From positions 48,700 to 112,699 of the IMG/VR virus record IMGVR_UViG_3300029787_000007: DNA of 64,000 bases. One strand, written 5' to 3'. Below the pieces are notes generated by a model. The model was given only the letters and a program-made list of their open reading frames with translations. It did not search any database and was not told the origin of the DNA. Shown piece by piece: positions 40,007 through 49,096 of this stretch (position 1 is its first letter; every line of letters begins with the position of its first letter). Both the position numbers and the translations under genes were made by a program. This stretch comes from a virus.

Positions 40007-40910
40007 AGTTTTAGGGCGGGGTCGAGATCATGGTTCGGAAATTCTTTTCAAATGCCCGAAGTGCAATCACCACAAATCTAAACTTTCTGTTAACGTGTCT
40101 AAAAATGTATTTAAGTGTTGGATTTGTGATTATAGGGGCCGCTCTATTAGGCGTCTTATTAGGTCTTTTGGTTCCTATACTCAATTACAAAAATGGGACG
40201 CGATATTCGGTAGGCAAGATCTGGAAAGATTTGATGATCTCTTTGCTGAGAGAGGCGTGGAGAGAAACGATCAGACAATCGATCTACCGGAAGAATTCAT
40301 AAGTCTTTGCCATGACAACATACCAAAGACTGGTTTGTACGCCCGTAACTATTTAAAATCTCGCGGCCTTTCTGATATAGATATTCTAAAGTGGAAGATT
40401 GGATATTGCTTCAGCGGAGAATATCGCAACAGAATTGTTGTGCCTTCTTTCAATGATGACGGAAATGTTAGTTATTTTGTAGCAAGAAGTTATAATGGTG
40501 ATACTTACAAATACAAGAATCCACGTGCCTCCAAAAACATCGTGTTTAACGAATTGTATGTTAATTGGAACGAAGACCTGATTCTTGTAGAGGGGGTATT
40601 CGATGCAATCAACGCAGGAAATTCTGTCCCAATATTGGGTTCGACGCTACGCACAGATTCTTCGCTCATCAAGAAAATTGTTTACAACGACACACCAGTC
40701 TACGTCGCACTTGATCCTGATGCAGCAGAAAAAGAACGAAAAGTAATCAAAACTTTATTGAAGTATGATGTGGAGCTATACAAGATAGATGTGAGCGGAT
40801 ATGAAGATGTGGGCTCTATGTCAAAAGATGTATTTGAGGAAAGAAAACAAAACGCCGCCTTTATCGACAGAGACAACTATTTATTGTTAGATTTACTGTC
40901 GGCATTATAG
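39972..40910 (+). CDS. dnaG: DnaG-type DNA primase (zinc finger + TOPRIM), TTG start
   Basis: CPKCNHH...CWIC zinc finger; RIVVP, KYKNP, LVEGVFD, ALDPDA. Confidence 0.9.
   Translation: MNKVAAKKILNEVLGRGRDHGSEILFKCPKCNHHKSKLSVNVSKNVFKCWICDYRGRSIRRLIRSFGSYTQLQKWDAIFGRQDLERFDDLFAERGVERNDQTIDLPEEFISLCHDNIPKTGLYARNYLKSRGLSDIDILKWKIGYCFSGEYRNRIVVPSFNDDGNVSYFVARSYNGDTYKYKNPRASKNIVFNELYVNWNEDLILVEGVFDAINAGNSVPILGSTLRTDSSLIKKIVYNDTPVYVALDPDAAEKERKVIKTLLKYDVELYKIDVSGYEDVGSMSKDVFEERKQNAAFIDRDNYLLLDLLSAL
40876..40884 (+). promoter_or_regulatory. Candidate late promoter ACTATTTAT
   Basis: In 3' end of primase, at the switch to leader-tagged genes. Confidence 0.5.
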
Positions 40911-40919
40911 GAGACCGTT

Positions 40920-41327
40920 ATGCCTTTGAGAAAAAATAAAAAATTTATTGACCCTCGCTATTTTATGGACGAGAAGTTGGAAACGATATGCGAAAGTCAG
41001 TGGCAAGATAACATTGATAGTTATGAAAACGAAAAATATATCCTTAGAGTTATAGGCATACCCATTATTGTAAGCCCTCGTTTTTCCGCCATTAATATGA
41101 AAGAGTGGTTGGATGATCAGTGGAGCGCTCATGAGGATAAATCAGAATTACAAAAGTGGATCGCCGCTCTATCTGACGAGTATTATCTCACACTGGTAGA
41201 AGATAGAAATCGCGAGAACTTTATGGGTTCTGCACGTGGTTTTGAACGAGAGAGCGGCATGGATGGAATTAGAAAAGGAATTAAAGATTGGATACTAAGT
41301 GTAAGCCCCCAAGGAGAAATGTATTAA
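40920..41327 (+). CDS. Hypothetical protein with leader type B (MPxRKNxKFIDPRYFxxE)
   Basis: AGGAG SD; leader shared with next gene. Confidence 0.8.
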   Translation: MPLRKNKKFIDPRYFMDEKLETICESQWQDNIDSYENEKYILRVIGIPIIVSPRFSAINMKEWLDDQWSAHEDKSELQKWIAALSDEYYLTLVEDRNRENFMGSARGFERESGMDGIRKGIKDWILSVSPQGEMY

Positions 41328-41704
41328 TGCCCAGAAGAAAAAACACAAAATTTATTGATCCTCGTTACTTTTTGAATGAGAAGGTTGGGCGCCTCGATGA
41401 GTTTCAAGATGATCCTATGGCACGGGAAGCCCTCGTCGATGTAGAGGCCAGTGAACGCTCTAATCCTGAAGGTCTTAAGGGCGCCTCAAAAACGTTTAAT
41501 CAGATGTTTGCACCGCAGTATAATAAACTTAGAGATTTACTTGTAAGTCGCGAAGGAATAGAAAAGTTTCTTCGTGGATATAAAAAGATGTTAAGCTACA
41601 TGAGCACAACACAGCAGCGCCCTCATCAAGCTCAAATAAGCCCAAAAGATCTTGCATTGTGGATGCAAGATGATCCAAAAACATTAAAGCTTCTAGGTCT
41701 TTAA
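41327..41704 (+). CDS. Hypothetical protein with leader type B (start revised from 41288)
   Basis: ATG overlaps previous TAA; begins MPRRKNTKFIDPRYFLNE. Confidence 0.8.
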   Translation: MPRRKNTKFIDPRYFLNEKVGRLDEFQDDPMAREALVDVEASERSNPEGLKGASKTFNQMFAPQYNKLRDLLVSREGIEKFLRGYKKMLSYMSTTQQRPHQAQISPKDLALWMQDDPKTLKLLGL

Positions 41705-41709
41705 CTATA

Positions 41710-42189
41710 ATGAAAATCACTAAAAAGCTATTAAAAGAAATAATTAGACAAGAATGCAATATGCTTCTTTGCGAAGGAGCAATTGCAGATGTTTTAATAC
41801 CTGCAATAAAAAAATTCAACGACAAAATAGACTCCGATAAAAATTCACCTAACTATGCTATTTCGAAACAAGCTTTTATTATTATGTATGACCATCTTCG
41901 TGGGAAAATTTCAACACAGCAAGCCATACAAAGTATTTCAAAGATAGGCACTACGGGCACATACAATAAGTTATTAAAAGGCGCCCTTGATAGTTTTATT
42001 GAATTTAGGAATGACTATGACAAAGGAAAATTTAATTCACAAGCTATCAATACTGTGTCAACGAACTTAAATATGGCTACTAAAAATTATGATAATGTAA
42101 AAGCTTTAAATCAAAAACGAAATGTTTATACTGACGATACTATTGATTTTGAACCGGCTGAATTAGCAGGCGCAACACGCGTAAGGTGA
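41710..42189 (+). CDS. MKITK-leader protein (putative internal head protein)
   Basis: MKITKKLLKEIIRQE..LLCE. Confidence 0.75.
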   Translation: MKITKKLLKEIIRQECNMLLCEGAIADVLIPAIKKFNDKIDSDKNSPNYAISKQAFIIMYDHLRGKISTQQAIQSISKIGTTGTYNKLLKGALDSFIEFRNDYDKGKFNSQAINTVSTNLNMATKNYDNVKALNQKRNVYTDDTIDFEPAELAGATRVR

Positions 42190-42198
42190 TTTTTACTT

Positions 42199-42339
42199 AT
42201 GTTAAGAAAACTCTCACGATATCTTTATAAAAAAGGCATAAGCGATTTAGAGCTTTTAAAGATTATCGGGATTGTTTTAATGTCAGCAACATTTGTAGGC
42301 GTCATGCTTTATGGAGCAATAGGGGCGCTCGTTCTATAA
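42199..42339 (+). CDS. Small membrane protein (46 aa, not in ORF track)
   Basis: MLRKLSRYLYKKGISDLELLKIIGIVLMSATFVGVMLYGAIGALVL; AAGGTG upstream; fills intergenic gap. Confidence 0.55.
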   Translation: MLRKLSRYLYKKGISDLELLKIIGIVLMSATFVGVMLYGAIGALVL

Positions 42340-42346
42340 AAAAGCC

Positions 42347-42378
42347 TTGACAACAGATCCCGCATAGGGTATTATAAT
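42347..42378 (+). promoter_or_regulatory. Sigma70-type promoter for the Mre11-Rad50 fusion gene
   Basis: TTGACA (42347) - 17 bp - TATTAT (42370), with overlapping TATAAT (42373); GGAGGG SD before TTG start. Confidence 0.75.
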
Positions 42379-42408
42379 ACTAACGGCATAACTACGTCTG
42401 GAGGGAAC

Positions 42409-45400
42409 TTGAAGTTTGCACATATAAGCGATACTCATATCAAAAATTTGAAGTATCATTACGAGTATAGAATTGTTTTTGAGCAATTATACGAATTATT
42501 ACGAGAACAAAAAGTCGATTATATTGTTCACTGCGGAGACATTGCGCACACCAAAACACAAATCTCGCCAGAGTTTGTGGAGATGTGCTCCGACTTCTTC
42601 CGGAACTTAGCGGCCATTGCACCCACATATATTATCTTGGGCAATCACGACGGCAATCTAAAGAATAGTAGCCGCCAGGACGCACTCACGCCGATTGTAG
42701 ATGCTTTAGATTTGCAGCATCTCCACTTACTAAAAAACTCTGGTGAAACACACTTAGATGATATGTTTTGTTTGAACGTGCTTTCTGTATTTGATCGAGA
42801 GCGTTGGATTAAGCCAAGTAATCCAGATAAGATTAACATCGCACTTTACCATGGCTCAATTAGCAACTGTAAAACAGATGTCGGTTGGACGATGGTAAAT
42901 GGCGAAGATACAATCACCATCTTTGACGATCATGACTTTTCAATGCTTGGCGACATTCACAGGCGTCAGTTTTTAGACGAAGAAGGTCGTGTGTGGTACG
43001 CAGGTTCCACCGTCCAGCAAAATCATGGCGAGACTAACGACAAGGGTATTCTTATATGGGATATTAGATCAAAAAATGATTGGGATATTGAACCAATTGT
43101 ATTTAAAAATCCTAAGCCGTTTTTTACAATTCCTCTTACATTGAAAGGAAGGATGCCGCGCAAACTTGACGTGCCTGCGGGAGCAAGACTTCGCCTTGTT
43201 AGTAATAACAACCTACCACTTGATGTCATGCGCAGAGCAATGGATATTGCTAAACACAGGTTCAAGCCAGAAAGCATTTCATTTTTAAACCGTGCCAGCG
43301 GTCAACGCGGAAATGTGGAGGATATCACTAACGGGCTAAAGACAGAGAATCTTCGAGATCCAAAGATTCAAGAGGAGCTTATGGATGAGTACCTTAAAGA
43401 CTATCAGGTGCCTTCTGATACTATGGAAAAAGTTTATGACCTTAATCGTACTTACAATAAAATTATTGAAGAGAAAGAGGAAATAGCGCGCAATGTAAAT
43501 TGGAAACTTAAGTCGTTTGAATTTGATAATTTGTTTAATTATGGAGAAGATAACGCTGTTAATTTTGATAGGCTTAATGGTATTGTTGGCATCTTCGGAA
43601 AGAATTTCAGCGGAAAAAGTTCTATTATTGATGCTGCTCTGTATACTCTCTTTAATACTACTTCTAAAAACGAACGAAAAAACCTCAATGTTATTAATCA
43701 AAATAGAGATTTAGGCAGAGGAAAACTTACAATTGAGGCCAACAATGCCACCTATACTATCGAGCGCGAATCTGTAAAGTATGTTAAGCGACTAAAGGGT
43801 GTCGAGACGCAAGAAGCAAAGACTGATTTAAACTTTGAAAAGAGAGACCACATCACTGATGAAATAACTTCTCTTAATGGTACAACTCGCAACGAGACAG
43901 ATGCAAACATTCGCAAGCACTTTGGAACAATTGATGATTTTATGGTTTCGTCACTAGCGTCTCAACACGGTGCACTTGCGTTCATTGATGAGGGCTCCAC
44001 TAGACGTAAAGAAATCATTGCTAAGTTTTTAGATCTTGAGGTATTTGAGAAGAAGTTTAGGATGGCAAAGGAAGACTCGGTTGAAGCTAAGGTAATACTG
44101 AAGAAACATCAAGATAGAAATTATGATGACGAGATTGATGGGGCGAACGAAATACTTGAAGATCGTCGGAACAGCGTTAAGGCCAATAAATATTTCTGTA
44201 CAGAGCTGAGAGGAGAGTTGACAGGGCTACAGGATAGTCTCGGGGCACTAGAAGCACAAATTTCTGCTATTCCCAACGAGCTTATTGATATTGCCAAGCT
44301 TCGTAAAGAATATAAGGGCAAAACTAAAAAAGCCGCAACTTTGATGCAGCAAATTAAAGAGCAGTCAATAGAGATTGAAAGAAAAAAGCGTGTACTTAAT
44401 AATTGCAGAGGCAAGATTGATCATGTAAATGTAGCTAAACTTATGAAGCTTCAACGTGAAATTGAAAACCTTAACGAAAAAGAAAAGAAACTTAATGAAG
44501 AGCTGGCTGAAATTGCTAAAAAAGAAGCGCTTCTTCATGACCATGAATATGATCCAGATTGTAAATTTTGCTCTGACAATAAGTTTGTTAGAGAAGCTAA
44601 TCTTGCGGTAGCAAGTAAAGAAGTGGTTCAATACGAGCTACAAAACACAGTGGTTGATTTGACAGCGTTAAATCCCTCAGATGTATTCACCCAACTAATG
44701 GAACACACACGCATATCTGGTATGATCACCAAGCTTGAAACAGAAATTACGCAGCTTGATTTAGAGCGCGAACGCAATAAAACTGTTAAATCAAAAATCG
44801 AGCTAGCTCTTAAAGATATTTCGTCAAAAATTACGGAGTATGAAGATAACAAAGAGGCTATCGAGAATCTTGAGAAACTGTTAAGTGAAAAGCGAGAATT
44901 AGAGCAAAGCATCAAGAGCAAGAATAAGAAGATTGCATCTTGCGAAGAAGAGACACTTGACCTCGTTAAACTTGTGGGATCCTACGAACAACGTGTAGAA
45001 ACACTGCGAGATCAAAAGCAAGAGTATCATGATCTCAGATCATCGTTCGCAGCATACGATTTGTTTATGCGATGTATGCACCCGAACGGAATCGCTTACG
45101 ATGTCATTAAGAAGAAGATTCCGGTAATCAATCAAGAGATTGCGAAGGTTCTCGCTAATATTGTGGAGTTTGAGATTTTCTTTGAAAGTTCTGGTAATAA
45201 ATTTGACATCTTTATTAAGCATCCAGAGTATGATGAGCGCCCGATTGAAATGGCGTCAGGCGCAGAAAAAACGATGGCTGCGATGGCTATTCGGTTATCG
45301 TTATTATCTGTGTCGTCACTGCCCAAGGGTGATCTATTTATTCTTGACGAGCCGGGCACAGCATTAGATGAAGAAAATATGGAGGGATTTATTCGAATCT

Positions 45401-45525
45401 TGGAACTAATTAAAGTGTATTTTAAGAACGTTTTGCTTATCTCACACCTTGATTCGCTCAAAGACTGCGTTGATATGCAAATTGTTATAGACAAAAAACA
45501 TGGATACGCAAGGGTTAATCAATAG
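42409..45525 (+). CDS. Fused Mre11/SbcD nuclease - Rad50/SbcC ATPase (gp47-gp46 fusion)
   Basis: SDTH, GD, GNHD, LGDIH phosphoesterase motifs; Walker A GKNFSGKS; coiled coil with CKFC hook; SGAE signature; Walker B LDEPGTALD; ISH. Confidence 0.93.
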   Translation: MKFAHISDTHIKNLKYHYEYRIVFEQLYELLREQKVDYIVHCGDIAHTKTQISPEFVEMCSDFFRNLAAIAPTYIILGNHDGNLKNSSRQDALTPIVDALDLQHLHLLKNSGETHLDDMFCLNVLSVFDRERWIKPSNPDKINIALYHGSISNCKTDVGWTMVNGEDTITIFDDHDFSMLGDIHRRQFLDEEGRVWYAGSTVQQNHGETNDKGILIWDIRSKNDWDIEPIVFKNPKPFFTIPLTLKGRMPRKLDVPAGARLRLVSNNNLPLDVMRRAMDIAKHRFKPESISFLNRASGQRGNVEDITNGLKTENLRDPKIQEELMDEYLKDYQVPSDTMEKVYDLNRTYNKIIEEKEEIARNVNWKLKSFEFDNLFNYGEDNAVNFDRLNGIVGIFGKNFSGKSSIIDAALYTLFNTTSKNERKNLNVINQNRDLGRGKLTIEANNATYTIERESVKYVKRLKGVETQEAKTDLNFEKRDHITDEITSLNGTTRNETDANIRKHFGTIDDFMVSSLASQHGALAFIDEGSTRRKEIIAKFLDLEVFEKKFRMAKEDSVEAKVILKKHQDRNYDDEIDGANEILEDRRNSVKANKYFCTELRGELTGLQDSLGALEAQISAIPNELIDIAKLRKEYKGKTKKAATLMQQIKEQSIEIERKKRVLNNCRGKIDHVNVAKLMKLQREIENLNEKEKKLNEELAEIAKKEALLHDHEYDPDCKFCSDNKFVREANLAVASKEVVQYELQNTVVDLTALNPSDVFTQLMEHTRISGMITKLETEITQLDLERERNKTVKSKIELALKDISSKITEYEDNKEAIENLEKLLSEKRELEQSIKSKNKKIASCEEETLDLVKLVGSYEQRVETLRDQKQEYHDLRSSFAAYDLFMRCMHPNGIAYDVIKKKIPVINQEIAKVLANIVEFEIFFESSGNKFDIFIKHPEYDERPIEMASGAEKTMAAMAIRLSLLSVSSLPKGDLFILDEPGTALDEENMEGFIRILELIKVYFKNVLLISHLDSLKDCVDMQIVIDKKHGYARVNQ
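45405..45413 (+). promoter_or_regulatory. Candidate late promoter ACTAATTAA
   Basis: In 3' end of Mre11-Rad50 gene, before the MKITK cluster. Confidence 0.45.
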
Positions 45526-45535
45526 GAGATTCAAA

Positions 45536-45802
45536 ATGAAAATAACCAAAACGCAACTTAAACAGATTATTAAAGAAGAGATTGAGGCAGTTCTTGAACA
45601 AGAAATGCGCCCACTTGATGCTAAGTTTGAACCGCTTGTAGCGCAAGCACAAGACATGCTTGATCAAGGCAAACCAAAAAGTCAAGTAAAAATGAAGCTG
45701 TTGCAACTTCTTACACTTAGTGGTGGTGATTATAATGCTGGACCTGAATCTCATGCGGTGTTGGGAGCTATTACCGATAGAGTACCAGGACTTAAAAAAT
45801 AA
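45536..45802 (+). CDS. MKITK-leader protein (start revised from 45500)
   Basis: AGGAG SD; MKITKTQLKQIIKEEIEAVLE. Confidence 0.8.
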   Translation: MKITKTQLKQIIKEEIEAVLEQEMRPLDAKFEPLVAQAQDMLDQGKPKSQVKMKLLQLLTLSGGDYNAGPESHAVLGAITDRVPGLKK

Positions 45803-45848
45803 AAAACCCTGCTAAAAGCTTCAAGGTAAACCAAAAGGAGATTACAAA

Positions 45849-46166
45849 ATGAAAATTACCAAAACGCAACTTAAGCAATTAATTAAAGAAGAAGTAGCCA
45901 AGACACTAGATGAAATCGGGGGCCCCATGACACCGGATATGGCTCGCGACGATAATTTGTTGGCGTTTGAAAAACCTAATGTAACCAATTTAAGGGTTAA
46001 TCCATATGGAAGCGCAGAGGGCGGCGAAGGTTATGAATTTATAATGAATGTTGCTGGTGTTGGCATGATTAGTGGACAACTGAACGCCCAATCTTTAGAA
46101 AGATTACAAAAATCTAAGGGAGGCTATCAAAGCAACATTATGGGAACGTCAGTATCGGATGAATAA
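45849..46166 (+). CDS. MKITK-leader protein
   Basis: AGGAG SD; MKITKTQLKQLIKEEVAKTLDE. Confidence 0.8.
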   Translation: MKITKTQLKQLIKEEVAKTLDEIGGPMTPDMARDDNLLAFEKPNVTNLRVNPYGSAEGGEGYEFIMNVAGVGMISGQLNAQSLERLQKSKGGYQSNIMGTSVSDE

Positions 46167-46203
46167 AAGACGTCTAAAATGAAAATATCTTAAGGAAACA
46201 ATA

Positions 46204-47343
46204 ATGTCAGGCGATAACGATAACAATGAATTTGATTTTCTGCCTCCCGCAGAACCACCACCCTCTTTTAATCAGGAGAAAGACAGCTATCACGAAGAAG
46301 TCGCAGCAGAGGACTTTGGAATGGTTGAGGACTTTGGATTACAGATGGAATACTCTGATGAAGATCTCCTCCCAGAAAACACTGCTCCTTCTTCAGTAAA
46401 CATTGGCTTTGTTGGTGTCGGTGGGGGCGGAAACAAGATGGCTAATGCTTTTTTGGAGCTTGGCTTTAATAAGACGCTGCTTGTAAACTCTACAGGCAAA
46501 GATATTCCGAAGAATGTGGAAGAAGATCACGTTGTTCTTATTCCTGATTCTGATGGCATCGGAAAGAATGTGGATTATGGTAAGGAAGTTTTCTCCACCA
46601 ATGGTGCAATTGTAGAAGATGCATTGCGTATTAAGCTTGGAAAAGTTGACTGGCTAATCGTTCTTGCTGGTGGGGGCGGCGGCACTGGAAGTTCAGTGAC
46701 TGCTCTTCATCCTGTGTTTGAGCGCTATATGAAATCAGTACAGTCTTCTGGAAAAGTGCTTTATGTTGTTTCTTGGCCCACTGCACAAGAAAACCTTAAT
46801 CCTACAATTGCTCGTAATGCGTTAACGCTGGCAAACGATGTTGGTAAGTATCCGCACATTATTTTAGACAATGAACGCGCTACGCGCCTGCTCCGCGGCA
46901 GAATTGGTATGTTAGGTATGTATCCTGTTGCTAACACACAGTTTGCTAAGTCATTTGCTCAAGTGCTAAAGCTCTCCACAGAGGATTCGCCAATCCAATC
47001 TTTTGATAGTAAAGATCTGGAAACATGTTTGAGCAATAATGGAAGAGCCTTTCTCGGCTCAACCATGATAAAAGATCCAAACACTGGAAAGCTTGGATCG
47101 GTAATTCTTCACAACTGTATGAATCGCTCTGCATGCCCGCCACCTAAAGGTAAAGCTGCCGCAGGTTCGTTAATCTTAGTGGCGTCTGAAGAAATGGTGG
47201 CAGACCCAAGAGTCAGTAAAAACATCGAGTCAGCAATCGCTTATGTCGGCGGTCGGTGCGAGACACTATTTTCTGGCGTTTACGTGCGCAAGAATGTGCC
47301 TGGATTGATTGCGATACTAAGTATGAATGGATTGGCGACATAA
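46204..47343 (+). CDS. Tubulin/FtsZ-superfamily GTPase (phage PhuZ/TubZ/CetZ-like)
   Basis: GVGGGGNK (T1), DGIGKN (T3), GGGTGS signature (T4), WPTAQE (T5), LDNE (T6), FDSKDL (T7). Confidence 0.9.
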   Translation: MSGDNDNNEFDFLPPAEPPPSFNQEKDSYHEEVAAEDFGMVEDFGLQMEYSDEDLLPENTAPSSVNIGFVGVGGGGNKMANAFLELGFNKTLLVNSTGKDIPKNVEEDHVVLIPDSDGIGKNVDYGKEVFSTNGAIVEDALRIKLGKVDWLIVLAGGGGGTGSSVTALHPVFERYMKSVQSSGKVLYVVSWPTAQENLNPTIARNALTLANDVGKYPHIILDNERATRLLRGRIGMLGMYPVANTQFAKSFAQVLKLSTEDSPIQSFDSKDLETCLSNNGRAFLGSTMIKDPNTGKLGSVILHNCMNRSACPPPKGKAAAGSLILVASEEMVADPRVSKNIESAIAYVGGRCETLFSGVYVRKNVPGLIAILSMNGLAT

Positions 47344-47354
47344 GGAATAGTGAA

Positions 47355-48038
47355 ATGAAAATCACAAAATCACAACTTAAACAGATTATTAAAGAAGAGA
47401 TCTCAAAGGTATTGAATGAGGATGAGCAAAAAAACTTACAAATGAACAAATTAGTAAGTGCTTTGAAGAATACTAGACTCAGGCCAGAACAAGTTGATGG
47501 AGCAGAACTCGAAACTCTTATGGCCAAAACGAATGCCGCGGCTAAGGGCTTCAGCCGTGTAGACTTCTACAATGCTGCTTTGATGGCTGGAATTATAGAC
47601 GACGATGACTACCTTGCTAGCAGCTTTCTTGATCCGAGCGACAGCATCGGCGCCGAACGCAAACGTCGTTTTCAAGGTGAAGAGCTTCTTAAAAAACAAT
47701 TTGAAGCTACAACTGGTCGTAAATTTGATAACTTTATGTACGCATATCACATCTTCGGCGATGAAGAAGCAATTTCGGCGAAAACGTCTAGCGCAGTGCA
47801 TGGTCATGAATTTTTGAAACGCGGCCGTATCGACAAGCTTTCAAGAAAAGATAAAGATTTATACAGAAGTCTTCGCAATCCAATATTAATTGTTCGCGAT
47901 AGTGAAGTTACCCAAATCCCAGATGATATTTATGTTCAGGGCGTGCTATTACCCGACGAAGATGACTACAAAGACAAAGTTGAGGTAATGGACTTAGATA
48001 AAATAATTGATGACGCCATAGAAGGAATCTTAAAATGA
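47355..48038 (+). CDS. MKITK-leader protein (start revised from 47256)
   Basis: MKITKSQLKQIIKEEISKVLNE; AAGGA upstream. Confidence 0.8.
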   Translation: MKITKSQLKQIIKEEISKVLNEDEQKNLQMNKLVSALKNTRLRPEQVDGAELETLMAKTNAAAKGFSRVDFYNAALMAGIIDDDDYLASSFLDPSDSIGAERKRRFQGEELLKKQFEATTGRKFDNFMYAYHIFGDEEAISAKTSSAVHGHEFLKRGRIDKLSRKDKDLYRSLRNPILIVRDSEVTQIPDDIYVQGVLLPDEDDYKDKVEVMDLDKIIDDAIEGILK

Positions 48039-48289
48039 AAATCACAAAATCCCAACTTAAACAGATTATTAAGGAAGAGCTTGAATTGGTCATGGAGTCA
48101 CGAGAGTTGGACGAAGGCCTTGAAAATATCACACCAGAAAACTTAAAAATAGTTGCTGATGCGGCACAAGCACTTGTGACCCAGCCGGAAGTCTTAGCTA
48201 TGATCGCAGGAACAGCCGGCGTTACTGTAGTTAAACAGCTAGCAGATTTTTTTAAAGGCAAAAAGCCTCCAGAGGAAAATCTACAATGA
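48035..48289 (+). CDS. MKITK-leader protein with hydrophobic C-terminal helix
   Basis: MKITKSQLKQIIKEELELVME..LDE. Confidence 0.8.
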   Translation: MKITKSQLKQIIKEELELVMESRELDEGLENITPENLKIVADAAQALVTQPEVLAMIAGTAGVTVVKQLADFFKGKKPPEENLQ

Positions 48290-48543
48290 AGCCAGATATG
48301 TGGAAAATATTTACAATTGTATTGGGGGCAGTTATTATGCCTCTTGCTGGTTGGGTATGGTCAGTGAATGTAGAAGTATCTCAATTAAGAAATGATATGG
48401 GAGATTTAGAGCGACAGGTGGCAGAACTTGAAGAGCAAGTTGATGAGCAAGAAGAAGCAACGAGAACTTTAATTAGAGTAGAAAGCGACTTAGCTCACGT
48501 TAGAAGCATACTTGATAGAATTGAGGACATAGTAACACGATGA
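48286..48543 (+). CDS. Single-TM coiled-coil membrane protein
   Basis: IFTIVLGAVIMPLAGWVW then heptad-rich region. Confidence 0.7.
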   Translation: MKPDMWKIFTIVLGAVIMPLAGWVWSVNVEVSQLRNDMGDLERQVAELEEQVDEQEEATRTLIRVESDLAHVRSILDRIEDIVTR

Positions 48544-48770
48544 AAATTATTCTTGCTAGTTTTTTGCTTGCTGCTATTACGTTGCCGATTGACGTAGATA
48601 GGTTAAAGTCAGATTTATCTGACATGGAGCGGGATGCTTTAGCACTAGAATTATATTTACAAGACAGGCAAGATTATGAAGATTACTGCCCACATATCAG
48701 TTGGGCACAACCTCCATTAAGCACTTATAAAGAAACATTGGTTTCACATTTACCAGAAGGATGCAAATAA
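48540..48770 (+). CDS. Small secreted/membrane protein
   Basis: Signal-peptide-like MKIILASFLLAAITLP; two Cys. Confidence 0.6.
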   Translation: MKIILASFLLAAITLPIDVDRLKSDLSDMERDALALELYLQDRQDYEDYCPHISWAQPPLSTYKETLVSHLPEGCK

Positions 48771-49096
48771 TGAAAATTACAAAAACACAACTTAAGCAGA
48801 TTATCAAAGAGGAGATTGAAAATTGTAATTTATTTGAAGTTAAATTACAAAAAGAAAGTGAAGTTGATAGATTGTTGACTTATATCCATAAACATTTTAG
48901 AACCACTATTGATCACCCTCTTGAGCAGGCAGAGTTAATTTACAAATTGGTTGATAAATATTATGCAAGTATTCCTGGTCCAGAACAATCTGCAATTTTA
49001 AGCTTGGCGCGCGATTTAAAACATCAAACTGATGATGCCGCCATGCAAGATTTTGAACTTGAAGAAGAGCCAGAAGCAGAATCTCAAGAACAATGA
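48770..49096 (+). CDS. MKITK-leader protein (start revised from 48761)
   Basis: MKITKTQLKQIIKEEIENCNLFE. Confidence 0.8.
   Translation: MKITKTQLKQIIKEEIENCNLFEVKLQKESEVDRLLTYIHKHFRTTIDHPLEQAELIYKLVDKYYASIPGPEQSAILSLARDLKHQTDDAAMQDFELEEEPEAESQEQ

Noticed and set aside
46204-47343. Cellular ftsZ implying a bacterial or archaeal chromosome, or proof of a phage nucleus
   Set aside because: No dcw-cluster genes, no FtsZ C-terminal peptide and wholly phage context; no chimallin or multisubunit RNA polymerase recognisable in the window.
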